A stretch of 64,000 nucleotides of DNA. It comes from Gemmatimonadales bacterium (GTDB lineage Bacteria; Gemmatimonadota; Gemmatimonadetes; Gemmatimonadales; GWC2-71-9). The stretch is taken from positions 1 to 64,000 of the forward strand of contig OZ252244.1 in assembly GCA_965249575.1 (NCBI GenBank). The letters run 5' to 3'. This document shows positions 8,332-18,412 of the stretch, in pieces (the stretch's first letter is position 1; every line of letters starts with the position of its first letter). The notes beneath the pieces are model-generated. The model was not told where the DNA came from and did no database searches. It saw nothing but the letters and a program-made list of their open reading frames with translations. The position numbers were made by a program, and so were the translations under genes.

Positions 8332-10711
8332 GACGGGTCACCATGGCCACTCCTGGGACCAGCAGCAGCAGGATGGTGGCTGCAAGGGATACGAATGAAA
8401 TGCCCCGTCCCCGTCGGTAGTCGGCGCTTGAGAAATAGAGCTCGACGCGGTCGGCGCCAGCGCGAACCGGCACCGTAATGAGCGACCCGTTGCCGCGCAG
8501 CACTGGCGCCTCATCCCCGGCGACCGTGGCCCGCCAATCGGGATAGTAGTTCTCCCCAACGACGACATAGCCGTCTTGGGGTGGAGGTGGCGCGAGGGTG
8601 AGCGTCATCCGGCCGGGACGCCAGTCCGTGAAGGTCGCGGTCGTTTCGATGGGCTCGGGCAACTCCCCAACCTCAAGCGGCGTGTGCTCGGCATCTTGTG
8701 CAAGCATTACGACTCGAGTCGGCGAGAACCGCCGGTCGGCGACCGTGGCGACCACCTGATCATCGTCCGCCTTCACCGCCGCCGGAACGACACGGGCGAA
8801 GGGCTCGAGCTGTTCCCGCTCGAACATGTGCACCGAGGCGCCGGCACTGTTCGTGACCTCGCTCAGCACGCGGCGGAACCCGGGGAGGGAGTCGATCCCA
8901 CCCGGCAGGACCGGAGTAATCACATAATTCACCGAGTACAGCTCGAGGACCTGAAACGGTGACCGCTTGAGATTGGTCCAGATATTCTTGCCCCCTAAAA
9001 GTTCATCGAAATGCCGAAGCTCGTTACCGTGGTGCCCCAGTAACTGCGGAATCCCGTAGGCCATTAGAACGGATCCCGGATACACCGGCGCGTTGTAGGC
9101 CGTCCCAATGTCGTACACGCGATACGGCTTCGGAACGCCCTCGAGGTACTCGGTAACCTGGTCGCCGGCATAGAGTGCTCGAACATCGACCGGGTTCCAA
9201 AAACCCAAAGCATTGCGCCACAAGTCGGCTCCGATCACCAATGCCAGCATTGGGCCGAAGACCGCAGCGGGAATTCGCCGGCCCAGGAACGCATAGGCGA
9301 TCGCGCCGGCGGCCAGCAGCGCGGCGCCGCTCAGTGCCCCACCCATCAGGACCGCGCCCCGGCCCAACCGTGCCACATCTGCCACTGGGCGCCCCTGGGT
9401 CAATTCGTGTGATTGGGCAAGAAACTCCGCCAACGCTCCGAAGGCACCCGCGACGGCCAAGATCACCACTCCCGCGCCGGCGGCGAGCCACGCCAGAACA
9501 TGTGCCCGCCCCTCCCGGCGCTCTAAGCGCTCGACGCCCAGAGCCGCACACACCGCCAGGACGAACGCGACGATGAATAAAGCCATTCCCGGAGCCCGCA
9601 CCTGTTTCATAAACGGCATGACGCTCCACCACAGGCGGTAAAACGGGGTTGCTGCCCCAAGGCTCACCAGGAAAAAGAGCAGCCCGATTCCGCCGAGCCA
9701 TCGAACGAGATACTTCTGGGGGCCCAGCGCCCCCAGAACCGCGAGGGCGACAACCGGGAGTCCGACGTACTCGGAGTGGAGCTTGAGCGGGTTGGGACCC
9801 CAATAGGTCCCGAGTGATCCAGCGAAGCCCGAGAACAGGATCTCGGGCACGTGCGACCAGGGCACGGCGTAGGACGTCGCTCCCTCGAATCCGTAATACC
9901 CTTCCGCGCGGGGCGAGAACGGGATGTAGTTAAAGAACGGAACGAACTGGATCATCGCGATTCCGAAGCCCAGTAGGACGGCTCCAAGAGCGAATCCCAG
10001 CCCTGGCACCCCGTCCCAGAACGTCCGGCGCTCTTCCGGTTCACCGTAGAGGAGATACAGGGTGAAGACCCCAGCGACGATCAACGTGTAGTAGATCATT
10101 TGCAGATGAGCCAGGAGCCCACAGCCAACGGCAACGGCAACGATCCCGTATCCCTCCCACCTCCGCCGCTTGATCGCCAACACGAGCCCGATCAGCCCGA
10201 GCGGGAGGAGCGTGGACACGAACACCTTCCCGTCGTGCCCCGGCTGCACCAAGGAAGCGACGACACCGCTCAGCTGATACGCGGCTCCACCCACGACGGC
10301 ACCGGTCCATGTCAGATTCAGAAGTCGCAACAGGAGGTACGTGAAGAAACCCGCGGCCACGTAGTGCAGAACGAACCCGAGATTCATCGCCGCGACGGTA
10401 GGCAGTAGGAGACGCAGCCACGCCGTTGGATAGAAGATGTCGCCATGTTGGGCGGCAACGAACGGCAAGCCGCCAAAGATCGTCGGATTCCATTGCGGAA
10501 TCCGGCCGGTTTCCACCCACTGCGACGCCCCCCAATACCGGAAGGCGTAGCCGGTGGCATACTGGTCACTCCACTCACTGGTGAGGAGTAAACCGGACCA
10601 CATTGGCAGCGAAAGGAGCGCGAACCAGAGGGTGAGAAAGGCAACGGCCGTAACCGTCGGCCAGCGAGGTTCCAGCAATTGGTCACGCGTTTCGGGTTGG
10701 TCGTTCACCAC
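8324..10711 (-). CDS. YfhO-like multi-TM GT-C fold glycosyltransferase
   Basis: PQWNP..FGG.PF, FYP, many TM helices, periplasmic C-terminus with ENYYPDW.A.V.G; GTG start at 10711 inferred. Confidence 0.75.
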   Translation of the reverse strand: MVNDQPETRDQLLEPRWPTVTAVAFLTLWFALLSLPMWSGLLLTSEWSDQYATGYAFRYWGASQWVETGRIPQWNPTIFGGLPFVAAQHGDIFYPTAWLRLLLPTVAAMNLGFVLHYVAAGFFTYLLLRLLNLTWTGAVVGGAAYQLSGVVASLVQPGHDGKVFVSTLLPLGLIGLVLAIKRRRWEGYGIVAVAVGCGLLAHLQMIYYTLIVAGVFTLYLLYGEPEERRTFWDGVPGLGFALGAVLLGFGIAMIQFVPFFNYIPFSPRAEGYYGFEGATSYAVPWSHVPEILFSGFAGSLGTYWGPNPLKLHSEYVGLPVVALAVLGALGPQKYLVRWLGGIGLLFFLVSLGAATPFYRLWWSVMPFMKQVRAPGMALFIVAFVLAVCAALGVERLERREGRAHVLAWLAAGAGVVILAVAGAFGALAEFLAQSHELTQGRPVADVARLGRGAVLMGGALSGAALLAAGAIAYAFLGRRIPAAVFGPMLALVIGADLWRNALGFWNPVDVRALYAGDQVTEYLEGVPKPYRVYDIGTAYNAPVYPGSVLMAYGIPQLLGHHGNELRHFDELLGGKNIWTNLKRSPFQVLELYSVNYVITPVLPGGIDSLPGFRRVLSEVTNSAGASVHMFEREQLEPFARVVPAAVKADDDQVVATVADRRFSPTRVVMLAQDAEHTPLEVGELPEPIETTATFTDWRPGRMTLTLAPPPPQDGYVVVGENYYPDWRATVAGDEAPVLRGNGSLITVPVRAGADRVELYFSSADYRRGRGISFVSLAATILLLLVPGVAMVTRRG

Positions 10712-10849
10712 GCTGCCCCCGAGTATTGTTCCACGATCCATGCCGCGTCGACTCACAGCCGGCGGCGCGGCGCAATCGTGTTCAGATACCCACCGTACGC
10801 CCGAAATCAACAACCGGTAAAACTAACAGGCTAGGGAGAGCGCAAGCGA

Positions 10850-11785
10850 CTACCGTCGTTTGAATAGAAACGGCACCGCACAGCCAATCTCGGTGAATGT
10901 GAGTTCAAGGCGGCTGGCGATGGCCAGCGCGACAGCGATGCGAGCCCCGACCGGCTCGAGAAGGAGCAGGACGATGATCGACTCTCGTGGGCCGATTCCC
11001 CCGGGCGCGAACAGGGTAACCAGCCCAATCACGTAGGCACCTGAGAACACACCGATGGATTGCGAGACCGACGCGGTTTGTTCGGCGATCAGCCCTCTGG
11101 TCAGGCAGTAAAATGCGATCCCGTACGCGAACCAGGCGACAATATTGGCGCCGAACGCGACGAGCAGCGCCCCGGAGGGGATGGGGCGGATGTCTTTTAG
11201 CGCTCCTGGCGCCAGGCGTCGAAGTACGGCAACCGCCCGAGGCCAAGCTAGCCCGATGGTAGCGGCCAGGGCCACCAACGCCATCATTCCGGCGACCACG
11301 CGGGTCGAGTTCCCCAGGCCCTCGGCGGCCGCCCGGACGGTCACCGCCGCCACGAACAGACCGCTCGAAACCGCCATCGCTTGCAGTAGCAAAGCGCCTG
11401 AAACAGCCGATAGCGGATTTACGCCCGCTCTCTTGGCCAGGACCGCGGCCCCGGCCACGGCCCACAACTTCCCTGGTAGGTATTTACCGAGGCTTGCCAC
11501 CAGCCAAATACGGGCTGCTGGGATAAAGGCCAACGTTTCGCCGAGGCCCACGACGACCCGCCGCCACGCCTCGATCAGCACGGCATATGACACTAAGACA
11601 GCGAGCAGACTCAACCCCAGCCAGCCAGGAGAGACACTCCAGCTGACCGGTTGCACTCGGAAAGCCTGCCAGTTCTGCGCGAGCGCCCGGGCCGCGAGGC
11701 CGATCACGAGCACTGCCGCCGCTACCTGGACGGCGCGCCACATCAACCCCACGCTAGACGACCCGTTAACCGCGCGAGTCGACAT
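10850..11785 (-). CDS. Lysylphosphatidylglycerol synthase TM-domain (flippase-like) protein
   Basis: LGKYLPGKLW and APGGIGPRE motifs, ALAIASR; about 8 TM helices. Confidence 0.8.
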   Translation of the reverse strand: MSTRAVNGSSSVGLMWRAVQVAAAVLVIGLAARALAQNWQAFRVQPVSWSVSPGWLGLSLLAVLVSYAVLIEAWRRVVVGLGETLAFIPAARIWLVASLGKYLPGKLWAVAGAAVLAKRAGVNPLSAVSGALLLQAMAVSSGLFVAAVTVRAAAEGLGNSTRVVAGMMALVALAATIGLAWPRAVAVLRRLAPGALKDIRPIPSGALLVAFGANIVAWFAYGIAFYCLTRGLIAEQTASVSQSIGVFSGAYVIGLVTLFAPGGIGPRESIIVLLLLEPVGARIAVALAIASRLELTFTEIGCAVPFLFKRR

Positions 11786-13214
11786 GTACCTCGTGCAGCC
11801 CGCCGTTCTCGTCTTCGAGCATCACCTGCGTTCCGTTCAGTGGCACTCCGCTAACGCTCACCCTCCCGTCCTCCGCCACGCTTGCCGCGCGCGCGTTTCG
11901 CCGCCGGGTCCGCCAAGCCACCAGTGAATCCAAAGTGCCGACGTGTGGCTTCTCCGCTAGGAGCACATTCAGGAGGCGCCGGAACGCCCGAGGTCCACCG
12001 GGGAACCCTAGGGCCGGTATGAGATTCGGATGCCACAGTCCGACCCACAGCCCGCCGGCCTCCTGGCACGTACGAGCCAGAGCGATGGCGTCGTCGACCC
12101 ACGCATCAGGTGACTCTACGCCTTGGTACTTGCTCAGTGCACGATCCATCCACACCAGCGGCACTTCCTCAAGGGTCGCCCGCCGGCCGGCCCTTGCCTG
12201 CCACCCGGGGACGACGTCGGCAACGCCGAGCCGAAAGCCATTTCGGTCGGCAAAGCCATACGTCGCGTCGTATCTAAACCCCGCCTCCCGCATAGCATCC
12301 TGCGTCTCGCCCGGCCGCATGCGCAGGAAATGCTGGCGCACCCCCGACACCGGCCGCTCGATCAACTGCTCGAGTCGGACTCGCTGACTCGCAAAACAAT
12401 CCGCACTCAATGATGTGGCGAAGCTGCCGTGGAGTCCGATCTCGTGGCCGGCGTCGCCAACATCGAGGAGAATCCTGCGCACTCTTCGCATCTCTGGACG
12501 GTAGGTCACGTCTCCGGCCAGGATCGTCGCAAGCGTCGGTGTTTCGCAGATAACGAACCACGTAGACGGAATCCCGGCCTCGGCTTCGGCGTCGAGGAGG
12601 AGCTGCACGCCCGATTGTATGGGATCTCGCAGGGCGGCCGCTGCCGCCGCGGCCGACCCCCGGACGGCAAGCCGTAGATGCCCCCGTCCGATTAGGCTCC
12701 CGAGGCGCAGGGCCGCCGCTAGGGGCCACCAGGCGACGACGTCGAGATCGTGTGTGAAGGCCGCCGCCCACCGATGTCCGTTCGGCCACGGCGCCAGAAG
12801 GCGGACTGGACGGCGATCCCGTGCGCGCAGGACGGCGGCTCGGAGGCTCGAGCCCAGCGTGTTGATCAGGGGCCAACGCTCGCGCCCGGACGCCACGAGA
12901 GGATTCGCCGTCGAGGGAACACGCGCGTACTCGTCCCGCAGGTCCGTCCCCTGCTCGATCCCACCCCCGGCGATGGCCGCGACCGAGCGGAGAAGGTCCG
13001 GGGGCACCAGGACCGATCCTCCGGATACTTCGAAATCCGAGAGCCCAGCGTCGAGTTTGTCGGGGACCCCCCCGCCCTCCGGCCCGACGACCGCCTGGAC
13101 GACGTCGGCAGCAGGGTCGTCTACCGGCAGCAGTCTGGAAACGTCCACGAGGACCTCGAGACCATACTGTTCTGCTCCCCCGAGGGCCTTCAGCGCGGGA
13201 TCGAGCCGGATCAC
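11766..13214 (-). CDS. Polysaccharide deacetylase-like (CE4/NodB fold) protein
   Basis: FTHDLD, HEIGLHGS, RQHFLR, YDATYGF, GLWHP motifs. Confidence 0.75.
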   Translation of the reverse strand: MIRLDPALKALGGAEQYGLEVLVDVSRLLPVDDPAADVVQAVVGPEGGGVPDKLDAGLSDFEVSGGSVLVPPDLLRSVAAIAGGGIEQGTDLRDEYARVPSTANPLVASGRERWPLINTLGSSLRAAVLRARDRRPVRLLAPWPNGHRWAAAFTHDLDVVAWWPLAAALRLGSLIGRGHLRLAVRGSAAAAAAALRDPIQSGVQLLLDAEAEAGIPSTWFVICETPTLATILAGDVTYRPEMRRVRRILLDVGDAGHEIGLHGSFATSLSADCFASQRVRLEQLIERPVSGVRQHFLRMRPGETQDAMREAGFRYDATYGFADRNGFRLGVADVVPGWQARAGRRATLEEVPLVWMDRALSKYQGVESPDAWVDDAIALARTCQEAGGLWVGLWHPNLIPALGFPGGPRAFRRLLNVLLAEKPHVGTLDSLVAWRTRRRNARAASVAEDGRVSVSGVPLNGTQVMLEDENGGLHEVHVDSRG

Positions 13215-13678
13215 GCAGGGTCGTCCGGAGGCGGCTTCAGGAGGTCGATGGTCTGGGCTGGCTGGCCGGCAACCACGTTGAACGGTGGCACGTCTCGACT
13301 GACCACGCTCAGCGCGCCGACCACGGATCCTCTACCGATTCGCACTCCCGGCAGGACGACGGCACCGGCTCCAACCCACGCATCGTCCTCAATCACGACC
13401 GGTCCTTCGGCAACCGGCGCATAGAGACGAATTCGCGAGTTGTTGGGATGGGACGAGGTCACCAAGATGACTCTGGGGGCGATGCTCACGCGGTCGCCGA
13501 TGATCAGGTTGTCGCGATCCGCCAGCTCCTCGACGATCAACAGCCCGTCGGCGATGTACACGTCCCGGCCGACACGGAACCCGCACCAGCGCAGCAGTCG
13601 CACGCGCCAGCTTGGGAAAAATGTGTTGCGCGCCCATCGCTTGAGGATCTTCTTACGAACCCGCCGCAAAAACCCCAT
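13211..13678 (-). CDS. Left-handed beta-helix (hexapeptide repeat) acyltransferase
   Basis: IGDRVSIAP, IEDDAWVGAGAVVLPGVRIGRGSVVGA, VAGQPA. Confidence 0.85.
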   Translation of the reverse strand: MGFLRRVRKKILKRWARNTFFPSWRVRLLRWCGFRVGRDVYIADGLLIVEELADRDNLIIGDRVSIAPRVILVTSSHPNNSRIRLYAPVAEGPVVIEDDAWVGAGAVVLPGVRIGRGSVVGALSVVSRDVPPFNVVAGQPAQTIDLLKPPPDDPA

Positions 13679-13682
13679 CGTA

Positions 13683-14729
13683 TCAACCCAGGTAACGGTA
13701 GAAACGGGAGCCCAAGCGGCTCAGCGGCAGTGGGAGGCGCGACCATACTCGGGACGCAAGCGCCAGCGGCCCGCGGTCGCGCCGAACCGCGTTTGGCCCA
13801 CCCACATGCGGCCAGTAATCATATGCGAGCGGAATCGGCTGTCCACCCCATCTTCTCTTGAATTCGATCAACCCTTCCTGCTCTGGCGCCGCTCTCCCGA
13901 GATCAACCGTGACTTCGGCCTTGACGCTCTCCCGCAGAACGGTCCAGAGCAGTAAGTGATTCGGCCGATCCCTGAGCGAGGCGGGGTCCGATGCGCCGAA
14001 AGCATAGATCCATTCTCGACCACCCTTCCAGATGACGACGCCCGCCGCAGCGCGCCCATCTCGAAGGTGGGCCACGTAGAGATCCGCGAGGCCTGCCGCC
14101 TGAAGCTGTACGCACAGGTGCGTAAAGAAGCGCCGCGGTGGAGCCGGAATGCCGTGCCGACGCGCCGTGCGATCCTGCAGCGCCGCCATGACGCGCCAGC
14201 CTTCCACCGACCGCTCCACGCTCACGTCGACTCCCGCGCGTTCGGCGCGGCGGATGCCTCGGCGAGTGCTGTCGGCATTGAGCTGTCCCCACAGGTCGGC
14301 CTCGCGTACCGCTACTGGAATCCGATACGTACTGTAACGCGTGCTCCTCGAAAATCCGGTTGGCGGGGGATGTGTATCTCCAACACGCTTGATCTCGACG
14401 AGAGGAATGCGTCGCGCCGCGGCCAACTCGCGACTCGCCTCGATCAACCGCGGCACGGCCAAGTCATCATCTGCTACCGGCCCGGCCGCATAACTGAAGG
14501 GGAAGCTCACCAGGCGTTTTCCCCGGAGCAACGATGGCACCTCGGCCAGCGCCATGGCACCCACCAACGCTCGATCAGAGCGCACCGTCACCCAATGCAC
14601 TTCAAACCCGAAACAATTCGCGATTCCACTGATCCACCGGTCGTCGTGGTAAAAGGTCCCACGCCGTAGCGCGATCTCCCTCCAGCCGCTCGGAGCTTCA
14701 GCCGACTGCGTGATCAGCGGCGGCGTCAT
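13683..14729 (-). CDS. GNAT/FemABX-like transferase
   Basis: LVSFPF...GP, TRRGIRRAER.GV, PNHLLLW..L, DLGR, GL..FKRRWG; ATG at 14729 inferred. Confidence 0.75.
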   Translation of the reverse strand: MTPPLITQSAEAPSGWREIALRRGTFYHDDRWISGIANCFGFEVHWVTVRSDRALVGAMALAEVPSLLRGKRLVSFPFSYAAGPVADDDLAVPRLIEASRELAAARRIPLVEIKRVGDTHPPPTGFSRSTRYSTYRIPVAVREADLWGQLNADSTRRGIRRAERAGVDVSVERSVEGWRVMAALQDRTARRHGIPAPPRRFFTHLCVQLQAAGLADLYVAHLRDGRAAAGVVIWKGGREWIYAFGASDPASLRDRPNHLLLWTVLRESVKAEVTVDLGRAAPEQEGLIEFKRRWGGQPIPLAYDYWPHVGGPNAVRRDRGPLALASRVWSRLPLPLSRLGSRFYRYLG

Positions 14730-15906
14730 AGAGCTCGAGGAACGGCTCGACGGCGACATCGGTCGCATATGTGGACCGAACGTGCGAATACCCGGCTTTC
14801 GCCAAGCGCTCCCGAAGATCCGGGTCGCTCAACAAACGCTCCATTTGTCGCGCGAGGTCGCTTGGATCGTCCGGCTGGGCGATGAGTCCCGTGCCTTCGT
14901 GCGAGATGACCTCGGGGATGCCGCCCGCAGCCGTCCCGACGACCGCGGATCCGGCGAGCAGTGCCTCGACGAGCGTAAGGCCCAGTCCCTCGGAGTTCCG
15001 CCGGCTGGGTAACACCGTAATCGTCGATGCCGCATAGGCTGACGGCATTTCCGCCTGGCTCGCAACCCCCGACCAGTGTACGTGCGCTTCGACTCCGATC
15101 GCGCGTGCTAGTTCCTTGAGCCGCCGCTGCTCCGGACCGTCGCCGAGGATCTGTAACTCGCAGTCAATCCTCCTTTCCCGAAGAATCTGGAACGCGCGCA
15201 TCAGCATGTCGACTCCCTTACTCTTGACCAGGTTGCCGGCAAACAGAATCCGGGGAGGCTCCACCTTCGGCGTGCCGCCACGTCTCTCGAAGCGCTCCGC
15301 GTCGACTGGCATGCGCGTGACGGGGATTCTCCGGTTGGTTCCAACTAACTGAGCCAAATCGTCGGCCAGAAAGCGCGAGACCGCGGTCACGGCGAATGCG
15401 CTGGCGACCACCCGCCGTGCCACCCAGCGTGCGAAGCGGTTGTTGTCGAGCAGGCGGACATCCGACCCGTGACATGTCACGATGAACGGGCACTGGGCAG
15501 CGCCGGCAACCCACCCAGCAGGAAACCACCAGTGCGCGTGCACGACGTGGGGAGCAAAGGTACTCACCTCTCGCCGCACGGCGCGCCGAAATGCCAGGAG
15601 AAACCCTGGAAGCGAGACCCCCGCTACCAGAGCCTCCCATAGCGTCCGGCGCGACGCCCCCCGGTACGCAACCACCTCGAATGGTGCCGGCGCATACCGG
15701 AATCGCGTGACGTCAATACCGGAATCCATCGTGCCGAGCGCCGCTCCTCGGGCGTGCGGCGTCACTACGTGCACGTCATGCCCCCTGTTGCTCGCCGCGC
15801 GCGCAATCCTCGCGACGAACGCACCGGCCGGGTCGTCCCGAAAGCGAGGATAATTATGACTGACGATCAGTACACGCACGGAGGGAAACCGCCGCCGCTC
15901 GGTCAC
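14698..15906 (-). CDS. GT4 family glycosyltransferase
   Basis: YPRF.DD.AG.FV, HAHWWFP.G, HGSDV, KGVD, EGLGLTLVEA, GGIPEVI. Confidence 0.9.
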   Translation of the reverse strand: MTERRRFPSVRVLIVSHNYPRFRDDPAGAFVARIARAASNRGHDVHVVTPHARGAALGTMDSGIDVTRFRYAPAPFEVVAYRGASRRTLWEALVAGVSLPGFLLAFRRAVRREVSTFAPHVVHAHWWFPAGWVAGAAQCPFIVTCHGSDVRLLDNNRFARWVARRVVASAFAVTAVSRFLADDLAQLVGTNRRIPVTRMPVDAERFERRGGTPKVEPPRILFAGNLVKSKGVDMLMRAFQILRERRIDCELQILGDGPEQRRLKELARAIGVEAHVHWSGVASQAEMPSAYAASTITVLPSRRNSEGLGLTLVEALLAGSAVVGTAAGGIPEVISHEGTGLIAQPDDPSDLARQMERLLSDPDLRERLAKAGYSHVRSTYATDVAVEPFLELYDAAADHAVG

Positions 15907-16868
15907 CGTTTCCGGTGTTCGAGCTCCGCCGCTACGCGGTCGAGCGACCTCTGAATCGATCGAAGTTCTTCACGCGCCCCTGCCAACATCTCCCCCACGA
16001 AACCAAACCCGAACAGCGCGATCCCGGACACGACCAAGACCATCACGAGATCAAGTAGAGGCCGAAAGCCGATGCCGTAGCCGAACCGAAGAACCAACGC
16101 CACCACGCCCACGAAAAACCCCACACCGAAAACCAACCCCCCTGAAACCCCGAAGAACAGCATGGGCTTCCTACCGAACCGAAGCTGAAACCAGACCGAC
16201 AGCAGGTCGAGCACCCCAACTGGAATCCGGCCGAAGCCGAACTTCGACCGCCCGGCTTGCCGGGGATGCAGCGATACCGGTCGCTCCGCGACACCGAATC
16301 CTTCTGCGACGGCGATCGCGACCATGAAACGGTGCCAGTCGGGGCGGGCCGGAATCACCTCCATGACCTCCCGGCGATACGCCTTTACGGCGTTGAGATC
16401 GGTGGCTCGGACGCCAAAGAGCCATCGGCTGAGGCGATTGTAGACCCGGGAAACGAACGCTTTTTCGTAGGTCCCTTGCTTCGTTCCGGTGACGATATCG
16501 GCCTCTCGATCGCGAATCGGCTCGACGAGCCTGGGGATCTCGGCCGGCAGGTACTGCAGATCAGCGGGATAGAACACGAACACTCGACCCGCGGCGATGT
16601 CGGCCGCCGACCGGAGCGCATCGGCGATACCGCGCTGCGAGCGATGGCGCACGACGCGTAGAAAGCCATACTGTTGGCCCAACCGTTGGAGAACCGCCGC
16701 CGTATCGTCCTCGCTCCCGTCGTCTACGATGACCACCTCACACGCGTACGGCACATCGCGAAGCGCTTCGGCACACTGCCGTACGAACTCCCCGAGGTTC
16801 TCCGCTTCGTCCTTGGCGGGAACCAGAACGCTCACCTCGACCTGGCCGTTACCAGTCGTCAGCGTCAT
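15903..16868 (-). CDS. GT2 glycosyltransferase with two C-terminal TM helices (ArnC/GtrB-like)
   Basis: VPAKDEAEN, VDDGSED, ADLQY, HRF, R.AG.SKFG; C-terminal TM pair. Confidence 0.85.
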   Translation of the reverse strand: MTLTTGNGQVEVSVLVPAKDEAENLGEFVRQCAEALRDVPYACEVVIVDDGSEDDTAAVLQRLGQQYGFLRVVRHRSQRGIADALRSAADIAAGRVFVFYPADLQYLPAEIPRLVEPIRDREADIVTGTKQGTYEKAFVSRVYNRLSRWLFGVRATDLNAVKAYRREVMEVIPARPDWHRFMVAIAVAEGFGVAERPVSLHPRQAGRSKFGFGRIPVGVLDLLSVWFQLRFGRKPMLFFGVSGGLVFGVGFFVGVVALVLRFGYGIGFRPLLDLVMVLVVSGIALFGFGFVGEMLAGAREELRSIQRSLDRVAAELEHRKR

Positions 16869-18412
16869 ACACGCTTGCGCATTCGGGCCGGTAGGATGCC
16901 CAGCTGGTCGCGATACTTGGCCACCGTGCGGCGCGCGATACGCACGCCGCGACCCTTCAAAGCGGATACGATTTCGGAGTCGGTGAGCGGTTTGGATTGA
17001 TCCTCATCGGCGACCAGCTTCTGAATTTGCGCCTTGACCGCACGGGCGCTCGCGTCCTCTCCCGTCGTCGTTCCGAGGCTGCTCGAGAAGAAGAACTTGA
17101 GCGGCAGCACTCCACGCGGCGTCTGGACGTATTTCTGACTCGTGACGCGGCTCACTGTGGACTCGTGCATATCGATGACGTCGGCGACTTCCCGGAGCGT
17201 CAGTGGCTGCAGGTGCTCCACGCCCTTCTCGAAGTACTGGCGCTGCTTGTCAACGATGAAGTTCATCACCTTCAGCATGGTCTGGCGGCGCTGTTCGATC
17301 GCCTGAATCAGCCACGTGGCGCCATTCAACTTCTCCGTCACGAACTCCCTGCTCTCCCCCACAAACTTCTTCTTGTCGCCCGCCAGCTCCTGGTACACTT
17401 TGCTGATCCGCAGCCGGGGCATTCCCGCGTCGTTCAAAAACACGCGGTACTCGCCGTCGATCTTCTGAACCGTCAGGTCAGGTACGACGTAGGCATCGGA
17501 CGCCGAGGAGTACCGTAGGCCCGGCTTCGGATCGAGCTTCGCGAGCACGTCGGCCGCGTCTTGCACGTCTTTTGGATCAAGACCGTATCGCTTCGCAAGC
17601 TCGCTCCACCGGTGCGTGATGAGGTCGTCGTACTCGTCTCGCACCAGCCTATACGTCAGGGTCTCTTGCAGCTCGAATTCATCGAGTTGAAGCAGCAGGC
17701 ATTCACGCAGGTCGCGCGCGGCGATGCCCGGCGGATCCAGCCGCTGCATGATGCCCAGTACCTCTTCTGCATCGGCCTCGGTGTAGAGCGGCAGATCTGC
17801 GTCGGGGAGGTCCTCAACCTGTTCTAAGGCCACCGATTGGTCCACCGGCTCGACTGAGAGCGCGACCTCTTCATCAGGCGGTGGGGACTCGGCGACGTTG
17901 CTGCCGGCGAACCGCTTCACGAGGTCGTTCACGCCACGCAACACCTCGTCCAGGGGCGCTTGGAGATACCCGTCCTCACCGATATTCCCGACGAACTCGT
18001 CCGCAAGAAGCATCTGTCGGGGTGTCAGGTCGAGCAGTTGAAGTTGATCGCGGAGGTGGTCGGTCAGGTCACGAGTATCGACCGGAACCCGCTCGACAAA
18101 CTCCCCATCCGAGTAATCGCCGCGAGATGCACCGACCTGAAATCCGTCGAGCAGAATGCCTTCCCAATCCGTATCGCCCTTTTCCGCCGTTTCCTGCTGC
18201 TCCTTCTTTTCCTGTTCGGTCGCCTTCGTTTCCGCGGGTGTCTCTTCCTCTGCCTCGGCGAACTCGAGGAATGGATTTGTCAGGAGCTCTTCCTTGAGAT
18301 GCTGCTGAAGGTCCAACAAGGGCATGTAGAGAAGATCCATCGCCTGATACAGGCGTGGATTCATCCTAAGATCCTGCCGCAGCGCTGTTCCCTGCTGCAG
18401 ATACGTCTTCAC
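16865..18412 (-). CDS. rpoN: RNA polymerase sigma-54 factor
   Basis: NPFLE, GIAARDLRECLLLQL, HESTVSRV, RpoN box ARRTVAKYR. Confidence 0.97.
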   Translation of the reverse strand: MKTYLQQGTALRQDLRMNPRLYQAMDLLYMPLLDLQQHLKEELLTNPFLEFAEAEEETPAETKATEQEKKEQQETAEKGDTDWEGILLDGFQVGASRGDYSDGEFVERVPVDTRDLTDHLRDQLQLLDLTPRQMLLADEFVGNIGEDGYLQAPLDEVLRGVNDLVKRFAGSNVAESPPPDEEVALSVEPVDQSVALEQVEDLPDADLPLYTEADAEEVLGIMQRLDPPGIAARDLRECLLLQLDEFELQETLTYRLVRDEYDDLITHRWSELAKRYGLDPKDVQDAADVLAKLDPKPGLRYSSASDAYVVPDLTVQKIDGEYRVFLNDAGMPRLRISKVYQELAGDKKKFVGESREFVTEKLNGATWLIQAIEQRRQTMLKVMNFIVDKQRQYFEKGVEHLQPLTLREVADVIDMHESTVSRVTSQKYVQTPRGVLPLKFFFSSSLGTTTGEDASARAVKAQIQKLVADEDQSKPLTDSEIVSALKGRGVRIARRTVAKYRDQLGILPARMRKRV

